From: an uncultured bacterium
GTDB lineage: Bacteria > Patescibacteriota > Saccharimonadia > UBA4664 > SCTI01
DNA: 64,000 bases
Assembly (NCBI GenBank): GCA_963721685.1
Contig: CAVRJJ010000001.1
Coordinates: 68,555-132,554 of the forward strand
Reading direction: 5' to 3'
Shown here: positions 1-8,462 of the stretch, one piece after another
Layout of the letters: each line of letters begins with the position of its first letter
How positions within the stretch are numbered: the stretch's first letter is position 1
The notes under the pieces: generated by a model
The model's database searches: none
What the model saw: only the letters and a program-made list of their open reading frames with translations
Told to the model about the DNA's origin: nothing
Made by a program: the position numbers and the translations under genes

Positions 1-1
1 T

Positions 2-256
2 GATATTAAGGACCAGACGAAAATATTCCACCGCTTCGCCCGCGTGTATAATCCTTTAAGCATTGCCCGGGGCGGAACCGGGTTGGGTTTGTATCTAACT
101 AGAAATATTATTGACTTGCATCACGGCTTGATCAGCATTGACTCTTCACCAGGGGCTGGTACGATATTTGATATCGACCTCCCCATTCAACCGTTGCCTT
201 CTGCAGCCACGTCTTCAACCCAAAACACCAATGCACCACTAAGGAGTGAAACATGA
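2..256 (+). CDS. Sensor histidine kinase, C-terminal HATPase_c fragment (5' end outside window)
   Basis: The frame reads in from the window start and ends with a G2-box-like GGTGLGLYLTRNIIDLHHG...GAGTIFDIDLP. It is followed by two receiver-domain genes. Confidence 0.6.
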   Translation, partial: DIKDQTKIFHRFARVYNPLSIARGGTGLGLYLTRNIIDLHHGLISIDSSPGAGTIFDIDLPIQPLPSAATSSTQNTNAPLRSET

Positions 257-1170
257 AAAAACATTTGCTTTTCTATGGCGCACTTGGAATTTTGTCGTGC
301 TGCTATCTTGCATTAACCATGACGTCCCCACTAGAGCAGGCGTCCCGAACCTTCCAGACTTCCAGCTTCCAGCTTAGGCTCATGCAGCTATCCATCGTGC
401 TTCCAGTGATTATTATTTGGTTTGTGGCACTATGGGGCTCGTTGCGGTTTAAGGATTATGCAAAGAGTATTATTTCTAGCAAAGATGGCAGCGCGCTTAA
501 CGTAGTGGCCAATGGGCTGTTGATTTTAGTGTTTGGATTAGCCGTGTCATCCACTTTGCAGTCAGTCCAACCTCATTTAAGGGGGTCACCAAGGTTTAAT
601 GAGGGGGTAATTATGCACAACTATCTAGACCTGTTCATTGTGCTCGTAGCGTTTGGCACGATATATAAGGGTGCCTGGAAACTGGTTTCGCTTGTAAAAT
701 TTAAAAATATTCGCGGAGCGCAGATAGGCGTAATTCTGGCAATAGTGGTTATCGGCATACTCTTCGCGTGGTTGCTTGCAATAAATCCCCATCGCCAGAC
801 CTCGCCGGACATTTCAAGGATAGTTCCTTATTATCTGCCCGATTGGCTGCTCATAACTACTTTGCTTTTACCTTATCTTGTTGCCTGGTTCTTAGGCTTT
901 ATGGCAGCCATATGTGTCCACCTTTATCAGAAGCACTCTGCCGGAATCATATACCGCCGCGCGGCCCAGCGGCTTTCGGTCGGCTTGCTTGGCATTGTGG
1001 GCTCATCGGTCTTAATTCAAGCTCTGGGGGCGATAGGCCCTTCATTAAGCCAGTTGAAATTGGCCGGTATTCTCGGGCTTCTCTACCTCCTCCTTATTGC
1101 TTACGGAGTTGGGCATGTATTGGTGGCTACTGGGGCCAAACAGCTAGCTAAGCTGGAAAAGGTGGGATAA
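253..1170 (+). CDS. Polytopic integral membrane protein, unknown function
   Basis: 305-aa ORF with about 7-8 hydrophobic helices. Its ATG overlaps the upstream stop (ATGA). Confidence 0.5.
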   Translation: MKKHLLFYGALGILSCCYLALTMTSPLEQASRTFQTSSFQLRLMQLSIVLPVIIIWFVALWGSLRFKDYAKSIISSKDGSALNVVANGLLILVFGLAVSSTLQSVQPHLRGSPRFNEGVIMHNYLDLFIVLVAFGTIYKGAWKLVSLVKFKNIRGAQIGVILAIVVIGILFAWLLAINPHRQTSPDISRIVPYYLPDWLLITTLLLPYLVAWFLGFMAAICVHLYQKHSAGIIYRRAAQRLSVGLLGIVGSSVLIQALGAIGPSLSQLKLAGILGLLYLLLIAYGVGHVLVATGAKQLAKLEKVG

Positions 1171-1173
1171 CCA

Positions 1174-1416
1174 ATGACGCCTGTACTTTATGATGCTATA
1201 GTTACTACTATTGAGTACTACCTTGGCCCGGCTTCGGATCGTTTCGTAAGCAGGCAAATTCGCTCTCATTTAGGTAAGGAACCGCATGAAATAGTACAAA
1301 AGGATATGCCGAAGCTTATTGAGTGGATTCAAGTGTCGATGGGACTCTTGACCGAAAATCGAAAAGACATTGACGAATGCAGCCGTAAACTAAAAAAACT
1401 TATACATGACAGCTAA
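1174..1416 (+). CDS. Hypothetical small protein (80 aa)
   Basis: ORF tightly packed between the membrane protein and the receiver gene, overlapping the next gene by 11 nt. No recognisable motif. Confidence 0.35.
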   Translation: MTPVLYDAIVTTIEYYLGPASDRFVSRQIRSHLGKEPHEIVQKDMPKLIEWIQVSMGLLTENRKDIDECSRKLKKLIHDS

Positions 1417-1789
1417 AATTTCAGTTCTTATAATCGAAGACGATCCGATGTTACGAGACGCTTATGAAACCGTTCTAACGATAGACGGTTATGCCACGTC
1501 TGTCGCCGCCGAGGGTCAAGAAGGCTTGGATTTAGCGCGCAAGATTAAGCCTGACGTAATTTTGCTTGATATGTTGATGCCCACCATGAACGGGCTTGAG
1601 TTTTTAGAAAACTTTAAGGCAAAAACCGAGCACCCCAAAACAAAGATTATCGTATTTAGTAACATGTCGGTTCCCAGTGATGTGCGGGATGCCTTAACCT
1701 ATGGAGCAACGAAGTATTTAACGAAGTCGTCTTTTACTCCGCGGGAAATTGAAGATATTATTAAGGAAGTTTTAGCGGAAGAAGGTTAA
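1406..1789 (+). CDS. Single-domain response regulator (CheY-like receiver)
   Basis: VLIIEDDPMLR...DVILLDMLMP...KIIVFS: conserved acid pocket, phospho-acceptor Asp and Lys pattern. There is no output domain. Confidence 0.75.
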   Translation: MTAKISVLIIEDDPMLRDAYETVLTIDGYATSVAAEGQEGLDLARKIKPDVILLDMLMPTMNGLEFLENFKAKTEHPKTKIIVFSNMSVPSDVRDALTYGATKYLTKSSFTPREIEDIIKEVLAEEG

Positions 1790-2167
1790 ATGAATAATTC
1801 AGAGATCATATATGTAATAGATGATGACACGGCACTCCGGACCGCCTACACCGCCGCGTTGAGCGGTATGGGATACACGGTAAAATCTGCCACCGACGGC
1901 TTAGAGGGAAAAAAACTGCTAGAGGAAGCAAAGCCGGCGCTCATCGTTCTGGATATGCTCATGCCCAACCAAGATGGCATGAGCTTTTTGAAGCAGCTGC
2001 GTAGCGATCCTAAAAATGACGGGATAAAAGTGGTTGTGGTAAGTAATTTTGAAGCAATGCCGGAATCAAATGACCTGCAAATCACTAAGTATATGTCTAA
2101 AATGCAGCACGTGCCGGACGAAGTGGCCGCGGCTGTAAACGGTATTTTAAAAGCGCAAAATGCATGA
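1790..2167 (+). CDS. Single-domain response regulator (CheY-like receiver), paralog
   Basis: IYVIDDDTALR...ALIVLDMLMP...KVVVVS: a second receiver-only protein directly abutting the first. Confidence 0.75.
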   Translation: MNNSEIIYVIDDDTALRTAYTAALSGMGYTVKSATDGLEGKKLLEEAKPALIVLDMLMPNQDGMSFLKQLRSDPKNDGIKVVVVSNFEAMPESNDLQITKYMSKMQHVPDEVAAAVNGILKAQNA

Positions 2168-2529
2168 TCCGCGCGTTCCTACTGCGTTGGCTAATTAATT
2201 TATTAGGTTTATGGGCAGCCTCGCATGTGCTGAGCGGTGTCGATTATGGGAAAAATTTTGGCGTATTGATTGTTGGCGCGCTAATATTTTCGATCGTTAA
2301 TGCTGTGATTCGGCCGCTTATAATTATCTTAGCCCTCCCTGCTATCTTATTGACTCTGGGCTTATTCACCTTTATAGTAAACGGGTTTATGTTATACCTG
2401 GTGACGCTGATCTATCCGGCGTTGAGCATCACTTCATTCTGGCAAGCAGTTTGGGCGGTTCTTATCATCTGGCTCGTAAACTACTTACTCACCAATATTA
2501 TGGAAGGGTCCCGTGAAAAGCCTATTTAA
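2164..2529 (+). CDS. Phage-holin-4 / DUF360-like small 4-TM membrane protein
   Basis: 121 aa with four hydrophobic segments. The N-terminal RWLINLLGLWAA...VIRPL pattern resembles the YvlD/holin-4 superfamily. Confidence 0.45.
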   Translation: MIRAFLLRWLINLLGLWAASHVLSGVDYGKNFGVLIVGALIFSIVNAVIRPLIIILALPAILLTLGLFTFIVNGFMLYLVTLIYPALSITSFWQAVWAVLIIWLVNYLLTNIMEGSREKPI

Positions 2530-2734
2530 TTACATAACGGTTATTACCGCGATCATCATTATAACTACCGTGCTCCTGCAATCCCGCGGATCAAGCTTAG
2601 GCGCGTCCATGGGCGGGGGTGAAAGCGAAGGGTACCGTTCTCGGCGCGGAGCGGAGCAAGGCGTTTACTACACTACCATTGGCGCGGGCTTTATTTTCGT
2701 GCTATCGGTAATTCTCAGCATTTTATCCAAATAA
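2513..2734 (+). CDS. secG: Preprotein translocase subunit SecG
   Basis: 73 aa with an N-terminal TM helix followed by LLQSRGSSLGASMGGG, typical of SecG. Confidence 0.6.
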   Translation: MKSLFNYITVITAIIIITTVLLQSRGSSLGASMGGGESEGYRSRRGAEQGVYYTTIGAGFIFVLSVILSILSK

Positions 2735-2749
2735 GGCTAATGAAATAAG

Positions 2750-4507
2750 ATGATCACCTATCTCCGTTTTCGTCTGCAACGCAACTTACGCCGGGTGCAG
2801 CGTAATGTGAGGCGCTTGTGGTATATGGGCAAGCGTTATATTAGGTTTGGGTTCTGGGGTAAATGGCGGCAGCTTACCATGATCCGACGGTTTGCCCTGG
2901 GTTGGTGGTTCGTAGTGATTGCCCTGGGCCTGGGGCTTGCACTGCAAACAAGCTCGATTCGCCAACGCGGGCTAGTAGCCCAGCCCCAAGCGGGCGGGAG
3001 CTATAGCGAGGCGGTGGTAGGCACAATTAAAAACTTGAATCCGGTGTTGCCTGAAGGCGGGGCCAGCGCCGATGCCAACCATCTTATTTTTAGCGGCCTA
3101 ACACGCACTACGGCCGAGGGAAAGCTGGAGCCTGATATTGCCGAAAGCTGGGACATTAGTCCGGACGGTAAGATCTATACTTTCCACTTGCGTAAGGACG
3201 TGCGTTTTCATGACGGTGTACCGGCAACCGCGCAAGATGTGGTTTTTACGCTTACGGCTATTCAAAACCCGGATACCCGCTCTGCCCTGGCTGCCAGCTG
3301 GCAGGGGGTGAAGGTTGCCGCCCCGGATGACCATACGGCTGTGTTTACCTTGCCAAAGGCTTATACCCCTTTTATTAACGCTACTACGGTGGGGCTTCTC
3401 CCGCGCCACCTTCTTGAAAACACCGAGCCAAAAAACTTAAGGGTGGTGGAGTTTAACCAAAAGCCGGTCGGTACCGGCCCCTACAAGCTATCGACCTTCG
3501 ATTCAACGTCCGGTGAAATTAACCTGACTGCAAACACCGCTTATTATCACGCGAAACCGCTGATCGCCAACATTACTCTTCGTCTTTATAGTGACTATGA
3601 CAAGGCCTTAGATGCCTATAAGCATCGTCAAGTGCTGGGCGTAGGGCGTTTGCAGCCGGATCAAATGAATGAGGCGGCCAAGTTGGGGACCTTATCGCTC
3701 TACCGGGCAAGCGTGCCTAACGCGGTAGGGGTATTTTTTAAGACAACTTCGCCGGTCCTTCAAGACAAGGCGGTGCGCCTAGGGCTCGCCCAGGCAACTG
3801 ATCGCGGGGCAATCGTAAAAAAGCAATTCCACAATGAGGCGTCACCATTGACCGGACCGCTTCTTAGTACCGGGTTAAATATGGCGGGAGCCGCCCACCA
3901 GCCGGCTTTCAACCTTAAGCAGGCGCAAACGACACTGGAGTCAGCTGGGTGGAAAGAGGGCCGGGGCGGCATCCGTGCCAAGAATGGTAAGTCGTTAAAA
4001 ATTAAGTTGGTTACCCAAGCAAACAGTCCTTATTCTCCTGTAGCCAAAGAGCTGGCCAAACAGTGGAAGCGCGTCGGGGCCGACCTCGACATAACTGAAG
4101 TCGGTCCGGATAAGTTACAGCAAAGCTATATTCGCCCGCGGAATTACGACGCGCTTTTGTACGGCATTAATTTAGGGGCAGACCCTGACGTTTACGCTTA
4201 CTGGAGCTCCTCGCAAATCAAGGATCCGGGACTTAATATCTCGGCTTACAGCTCGAAACAGGCAGACGCGGCGCTGGAAAGCGGGCGCATCTTGCGCGAC
4301 CCCGCCTTAAGGGCAGCAAAATACCGCAGTTTTATTCAAGCCTGGGTGAATGATACGCCGGCGGTCATGCTGTATACACCAAGTTATGAGTACGGGGTTG
4401 ATAGTTCGGTTTACGGCGTCTCTATCCGCAAGCTCATAAGCCCTTCCGACCGGTTTACCGGGATTGAGAAATGGTCGGTTAATGTGCGCGAAGTGCCTCG
4501 CCGCTAG
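2750..4507 (+). CDS. ABC transporter substrate-binding protein, family 5 (peptide/nickel type); the true start may be internal (about 2879)
   Basis: Signal-anchor helix, then the conserved ...IAESWDISPDGKIYTFHLRKDVRFHDG...TAQDVVFT... SBP_bac_5 pattern. The N-terminal 40 aa are Arg-rich and may not be translated. Confidence 0.7.
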   Translation: MITYLRFRLQRNLRRVQRNVRRLWYMGKRYIRFGFWGKWRQLTMIRRFALGWWFVVIALGLGLALQTSSIRQRGLVAQPQAGGSYSEAVVGTIKNLNPVLPEGGASADANHLIFSGLTRTTAEGKLEPDIAESWDISPDGKIYTFHLRKDVRFHDGVPATAQDVVFTLTAIQNPDTRSALAASWQGVKVAAPDDHTAVFTLPKAYTPFINATTVGLLPRHLLENTEPKNLRVVEFNQKPVGTGPYKLSTFDSTSGEINLTANTAYYHAKPLIANITLRLYSDYDKALDAYKHRQVLGVGRLQPDQMNEAAKLGTLSLYRASVPNAVGVFFKTTSPVLQDKAVRLGLAQATDRGAIVKKQFHNEASPLTGPLLSTGLNMAGAAHQPAFNLKQAQTTLESAGWKEGRGGIRAKNGKSLKIKLVTQANSPYSPVAKELAKQWKRVGADLDITEVGPDKLQQSYIRPRNYDALLYGINLGADPDVYAYWSSSQIKDPGLNISAYSSKQADAALESGRILRDPALRAAKYRSFIQAWVNDTPAVMLYTPSYEYGVDSSVYGVSIRKLISPSDRFTGIEKWSVNVREVPRR

Positions 4508-4669
4508 CATAGGGGCTACGTCGGCTTACCGGGTAGAAACTTTTCTGAGCATGGTCACCAAGGCTTACGCCGGGTGACGACATGCCACAAAAGTTCTACC
4601 GCGGCGCGCCTGCGCAGCCTTTCAAAAAGGTCAAAACCAAGCTATAGTTTATCAGTCAACTTGTATCCC

Positions 4670-4755
4670 GGGCGAGTGGTGAAATGGTAGACACGCTAGA
4701 TTCAGGTTCTAGTGAGCGCAAGCTCGTGGAGGTTCAAGTCCTCTCTCGCCCACCA
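4670..4755 (+). tRNA. tRNA-Leu (anticodon CAG), class II with long variable arm
   Basis: Manual fold: acceptor GGGCGAG/CTCGCCC, D-loop AATGGTAG, anticodon loop TTCAGGT, T-loop GGTTCAAGTCC, discriminator A, encoded CCA. Confidence 0.85.
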
Positions 4756-4767
4756 ATGCACTTATAG

Positions 4768-5622
4768 CTAATCAACAATTTTAGTGTAGGCGCGGGGTTT
4801 ACGGTAAGCGTTACCCCAAATTTGTCGCTTTCGCCAGAGACGAATTGACTTCATGTCGAATTCGGCATAATAAATACCTTCCCGACCATCAGCCTGAACC
4901 AGGCGGTTATCTCTATCATTTTGGCCTTCATCTTCAGTTACTGGGCTGAAAGCCACCGAATGGCCGTTATATTTGGGGAGAGGATAGTTTGCCATTGCGA
5001 CGCCAACCATATTTTCAAATGCCCTTGTGGAAAACTGTTGCAGCTGGGCCTTCCTAAGATTGCTAGCATTGGGGACAATAATAATCTCTGCGCCTTTCAG
5101 CATGAGAATACGGGCACTTTCAGGCTGCTCTCGGTCAAAGCAAATCATGGCGCCGATTTTGATTTCTCCAGCGGCGGTATCAAGAGCAGCAACCTCAAAC
5201 CGCGTTCCTGGCTCTAATAAAATTTCATCACCGAAATCACAGGTATGGACTTTGGAATAGTGGAGGCGCTCCTTGCCGTGGCGATCAAAAACGGTTACCG
5301 AGTTTTTTGGCATCGCCCTTCCGCAATCTTCGAGATAAGTGGCAGCGATAGCAATATTAAGGCTTTTGGCCAGCTTTCCAAATGACCGGACATAGTAACT
5401 AGTGCGGGCAACAGCCAGACGGTTCCATTTCTGGATATCGTGTTGATTCTGAGAGGGGGGAAACGTATAGCCGATATTCCAGAGCTCGGGAAACAGCACT
5501 ATGTCGACGTTTTTCCCAGCAGCTTCTTTGCAGCGCTCCAAAGCCATATCCTCTGCTTCCTTGAAAGTACGGGGAGGAGCAATTTGAAGAAGAGCAATTT
5601 TCACGGATTCCTTCATAGCCAT
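4768..5622 (-). CDS. Carbon-nitrogen hydrolase (nitrilase superfamily)
   Basis: N-terminal KIALLQIAP...DIVLFPELW... and GAMICFDREQPE (catalytic Cys context) match the Glu-Lys-Cys triad layout of CN hydrolases. Confidence 0.75.
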   Translation of the reverse strand: MAMKESVKIALLQIAPPRTFKEAEDMALERCKEAAGKNVDIVLFPELWNIGYTFPPSQNQHDIQKWNRLAVARTSYYVRSFGKLAKSLNIAIAATYLEDCGRAMPKNSVTVFDRHGKERLHYSKVHTCDFGDEILLEPGTRFEVAALDTAAGEIKIGAMICFDREQPESARILMLKGAEIIIVPNASNLRKAQLQQFSTRAFENMVGVAMANYPLPKYNGHSVAFSPVTEDEGQNDRDNRLVQADGREGIYYAEFDMKSIRLWRKRQIWGNAYRKPRAYTKIVD

Positions 5623-5660
5623 TAGTATAGTACGTAAATGCTACAATCGAAGTATGCTAC

Positions 5661-6416
5661 TTGTTAGATCGGAGCACTATTATGGATGAATCAACAAAAG
5701 GGGACTTCTCCGGGTTAAAAGCCCTATTTATTAATTGCACTTTAACGAAGTCGCCGGCTAAGAGCCACACTGAGCTGCTGGTAAATATCAGCCGCGGCAT
5801 TATGGAAAAACAGGGCGTGGCGGTGGACTACATCCGGGCGGTGGACCATGATATTGCCACAGGGGTATATGGAGATATGCGTGAACACGGTTGGAAAACC
5901 GACGAATGGCCGGAAATTTATAACCAAGTCCTGGCGGCCGATATTCTGGTGTTGGCGGGGCCGATTTGGTTGGGTGATAACAGCTCGCAAATGAAAAAAG
6001 TAATTGAACGGCTGTATGCTACTTCCGGCGATTTGAATAAGAGGGGACAATGGATTTATTACGGGCGAGTTGGTGGCTGCTTAATTACCGGTAATGAAGA
6101 TGGCATTAAGCATTGTGCTTCGAATGTCTTGTACAGCTTGCAGCACCTGGGATACGCTATTCCGCCGCAAGCCGATGCCGGTTGGATTGGAGAGGCCGGC
6201 CCGGGCCCCAGCTATGGCGACAAGGAGGAGAACGGCGGCACTGCCGGCGTGGATAACGATTTTACCAACCGTAATACCACCTTTATGACCTGGAACTTAA
6301 TGCATCTGGCCAAGATGATGAAAGATACTGGCGGCTTTCCGGCCTATGGCAATCAACGCAAAGCTTGGGACGCGGGGACTCGCTTTGATTTTGAAAATCC
6401 GGAGTACCGCTCCTGA
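5661..6416 (+). CDS. NAD(P)H-dependent FMN reductase-like flavoprotein (flavodoxin fold); the start may be the M at 5682
   Basis: KALFINCTLTKSP...ADILVLAGPIWLG resembles the NADPH-dependent FMN reductase / NAD(P)H dehydrogenase (quinone) family. Confidence 0.55.
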   Translation: MLDRSTIMDESTKGDFSGLKALFINCTLTKSPAKSHTELLVNISRGIMEKQGVAVDYIRAVDHDIATGVYGDMREHGWKTDEWPEIYNQVLAADILVLAGPIWLGDNSSQMKKVIERLYATSGDLNKRGQWIYYGRVGGCLITGNEDGIKHCASNVLYSLQHLGYAIPPQADAGWIGEAGPGPSYGDKEENGGTAGVDNDFTNRNTTFMTWNLMHLAKMMKDTGGFPAYGNQRKAWDAGTRFDFENPEYRS

Positions 6417-7027
6417 ACCGTATCGGCTTAATTTCTGGCACTTTCAACCCTATCCACCATGGGCACTTATGGCTAGCCGAAGAGGCTTTGAATCAGTTGG
6501 GGTTGGAAGAGGTGTTGATTTTAATTGACGCCCAACCCAACCATAAAACCGACGTGATTGATTTTAGCCATCGGTTGGAGATGGCGCGTTTGGGAGCACA
6601 GGCGCGCCCAAAGATTCACGCCGATAAGCTGCCGTTGCAACGCCAGGTGCGCAACCACGACCTCGCCTCAATCCAGGAGCTGAAGCAGTTTTATCCCAAT
6701 ACAGAGCTATTTTTGCTGATGGGGGATGATACCTTCGCGACCCTTGAGCGTTGGGATAATATTGAAGAATTACTGCAGCTGCTGTCTTTTGGTGTGGCAC
6801 GGCGGAGTGGCAGTCACGAAATCACAAAAGCGGAGCTTCGTCATCGGTTTGGTCGCCTGGCCCCGGTGTTGCGCTATGAAACCTTAACAATGCCGCTTGT
6901 CGGCATTTCCTCATCCTTGATCCGTAAAGCCGTGGGTATATCTGCCAAGGTTGAGGGTTTGCCTCCGGCGGTTTCAGAATACATAAAAAATAATCGTTTG
7001 TATGATAGCGCTCGTGCTGTTTATTAG
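6413..7027 (+). CDS. nadD: Nicotinate-nucleotide adenylyltransferase NadD, apparently CTG-initiated
   Basis: (L/M)NRIGLISGTFNPIHHGHL...PNHK...ISSSLIR are NadD signatures. The essential N-terminal motif lies upstream of any in-frame ATG/GTG/TTG (frame opens at 6395). A CTG at 6413 overlaps the upstream TGA, with a GGAG 8 nt upstream. Confidence 0.7.
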   Translation: MNRIGLISGTFNPIHHGHLWLAEEALNQLGLEEVLILIDAQPNHKTDVIDFSHRLEMARLGAQARPKIHADKLPLQRQVRNHDLASIQELKQFYPNTELFLLMGDDTFATLERWDNIEELLQLLSFGVARRSGSHEITKAELRHRFGRLAPVLRYETLTMPLVGISSSLIRKAVGISAKVEGLPPAVSEYIKNNRLYDSARAVY

Positions 7028-7052
7028 GCGTAAAATATTATAGAATAAAGGT

Positions 7053-8447
7053 ATGATACACCGTGAACTGCATGAGAAATGTGCAGTATTTGCTATTTTT
7101 GAGCCAGACCAACAGGTCGCCCATAAAGTCTATTACGGATTGTACGCGCTGCAGCATCGGGGCCAGGAAAGCTCAGGAATCGTTACCGGAGACGGTAAGC
7201 AGTTTTACCGTCATCGCGAGCAGGGTCTTGTAGCCCAAGTCTACGATGACAAAGATCTTGAAGTCCTTCACGGCGGCATGGCGATTGGGCACAATCGCTA
7301 TTCAACGTCCGGCGGTACGTCGGCCAATCATGGTCAACCGGTGCTGCATCCTGAGGCGGGCGTGGCCTTTGCCCATAACGGGAATTTGCCCAGCACCCAG
7401 GCTCTTGAGGATTTCCTGGACAAGCACGGCATTGAGCACAGTGAAAGTAATGATTCGGAAATGATGGCCGCTTCCCTGAACTACTATGTGGGCAACGGTA
7501 TGGACTTGGCCAACGCGGTGGAACGGTGTTATAAGTATTTCACCGGTGCGTTTTCGTGTGTTGCCATGAGCCACGACCAGATTGTAGCCTTCCGCGACCC
7601 TTGCGGAATCCGGCCGCTGAGTGTAGGCAAGACGGAGTTTGGATGGGTAGTGGCATCGGAAACCTGCGCCTTTGACACAATTGGCGCCGGGCTGCTGCGG
7701 GATATTAACGCCGGCGAAATGATTATTCTGGATAAGCATGGCCTGCGCTCCCGCCAGCTGGTAGAACCTAACCCTAAACTCGATATTTTCGAGTTTATTT
7801 ATTTTGCCCGTCCCGACAGCCTGCTGATGGGGCAACGTGTCGGCGAAGTCCGCCGGGCTTTGGGCGCGCAGTTAGCCAAAGAGCATCCCCTGGAAGCTGA
7901 TGTGGTAATCCCCATGCCGGACTCGGCAATTCCGGCGGCTCTAGGTTACGCCCAAGCCAGCGGTATCCCCTTCGACCATGCACTTATTAAAAACCGTTAT
8001 ATCCATCGCACCTTTATTCAGCCAAACGACCAGGTCCGCAACCAGGACCTTCAACTAAAGCTTAACCCGGTGCCTGAAGCGCTGATGGGCAAGCGGGTAG
8101 TGGTGGTTGACGACTCCATTGTGCGCGGAACCACAACCCGTAAAATGATTAAAATGCTTTATGGTGCTGGTGCTAAAACGGTCTCGGTGCTTATTAGCTC
8201 CCCGCCGGTAAAGTATCCTGATTTCTATGGTATCGATACCCCGCGCCAGGCTGATTTAATAGCTGCCCAAATGTCGGTACCGGAAATCCAAGCCGATATT
8301 GGCTGCGAATACCTCGGCTACTTATCGTTTGAGGGAATGTTAAAAGCCACCAACATCAATCCGAACCATCTTTCTACTTCCTGCTTTAGCGGCATCTATC
8401 CTATCAACATTCGTGAACGAGCCAAAGAAATTACCCATATCGCTTAA
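7053..8447 (+). CDS. purF: Amidophosphoribosyltransferase PurF (glutamine PRPP amidotransferase) with a short N-terminal propeptide
   Basis: Cys10 followed by AVFAIF (Ntn nucleophile after the propeptide, as in B. subtilis PurF); PRTase motif VVVVDDSIVRGTT; C-terminal Cys residues for the Fe-S cluster. Confidence 0.9.
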   Translation: MIHRELHEKCAVFAIFEPDQQVAHKVYYGLYALQHRGQESSGIVTGDGKQFYRHREQGLVAQVYDDKDLEVLHGGMAIGHNRYSTSGGTSANHGQPVLHPEAGVAFAHNGNLPSTQALEDFLDKHGIEHSESNDSEMMAASLNYYVGNGMDLANAVERCYKYFTGAFSCVAMSHDQIVAFRDPCGIRPLSVGKTEFGWVVASETCAFDTIGAGLLRDINAGEMIILDKHGLRSRQLVEPNPKLDIFEFIYFARPDSLLMGQRVGEVRRALGAQLAKEHPLEADVVIPMPDSAIPAALGYAQASGIPFDHALIKNRYIHRTFIQPNDQVRNQDLQLKLNPVPEALMGKRVVVVDDSIVRGTTTRKMIKMLYGAGAKTVSVLISSPPVKYPDFYGIDTPRQADLIAAQMSVPEIQADIGCEYLGYLSFEGMLKATNINPNHLSTSCFSGIYPINIRERAKEITHIA

Positions 8448-8462
8448 CCCTCGCGAGCTATT

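Noticed and set aside
768-1151. 127-aa + strand ORF overlapping the membrane-protein gene in another frame
   Set aside because: It is fully embedded in a longer ORF with coherent TM-helix composition, and its product is low-complexity. Same reasoning applies to the many antisense or embedded ORFs inside dnaE, PBP1A, ligA, clpC and recG (e.g. 33668-34189, 42191-42757, 49406-49669).
4508-4669. Possible small RNA (SRP/6S-like) in the GC-rich 160-nt gap before tRNA-Leu
   Set aside because: No match to the SRP RNA GGAA/AGCAG core that I could see. It may simply be the tRNA promoter or leader. Left uncalled pending an Rfam scan.
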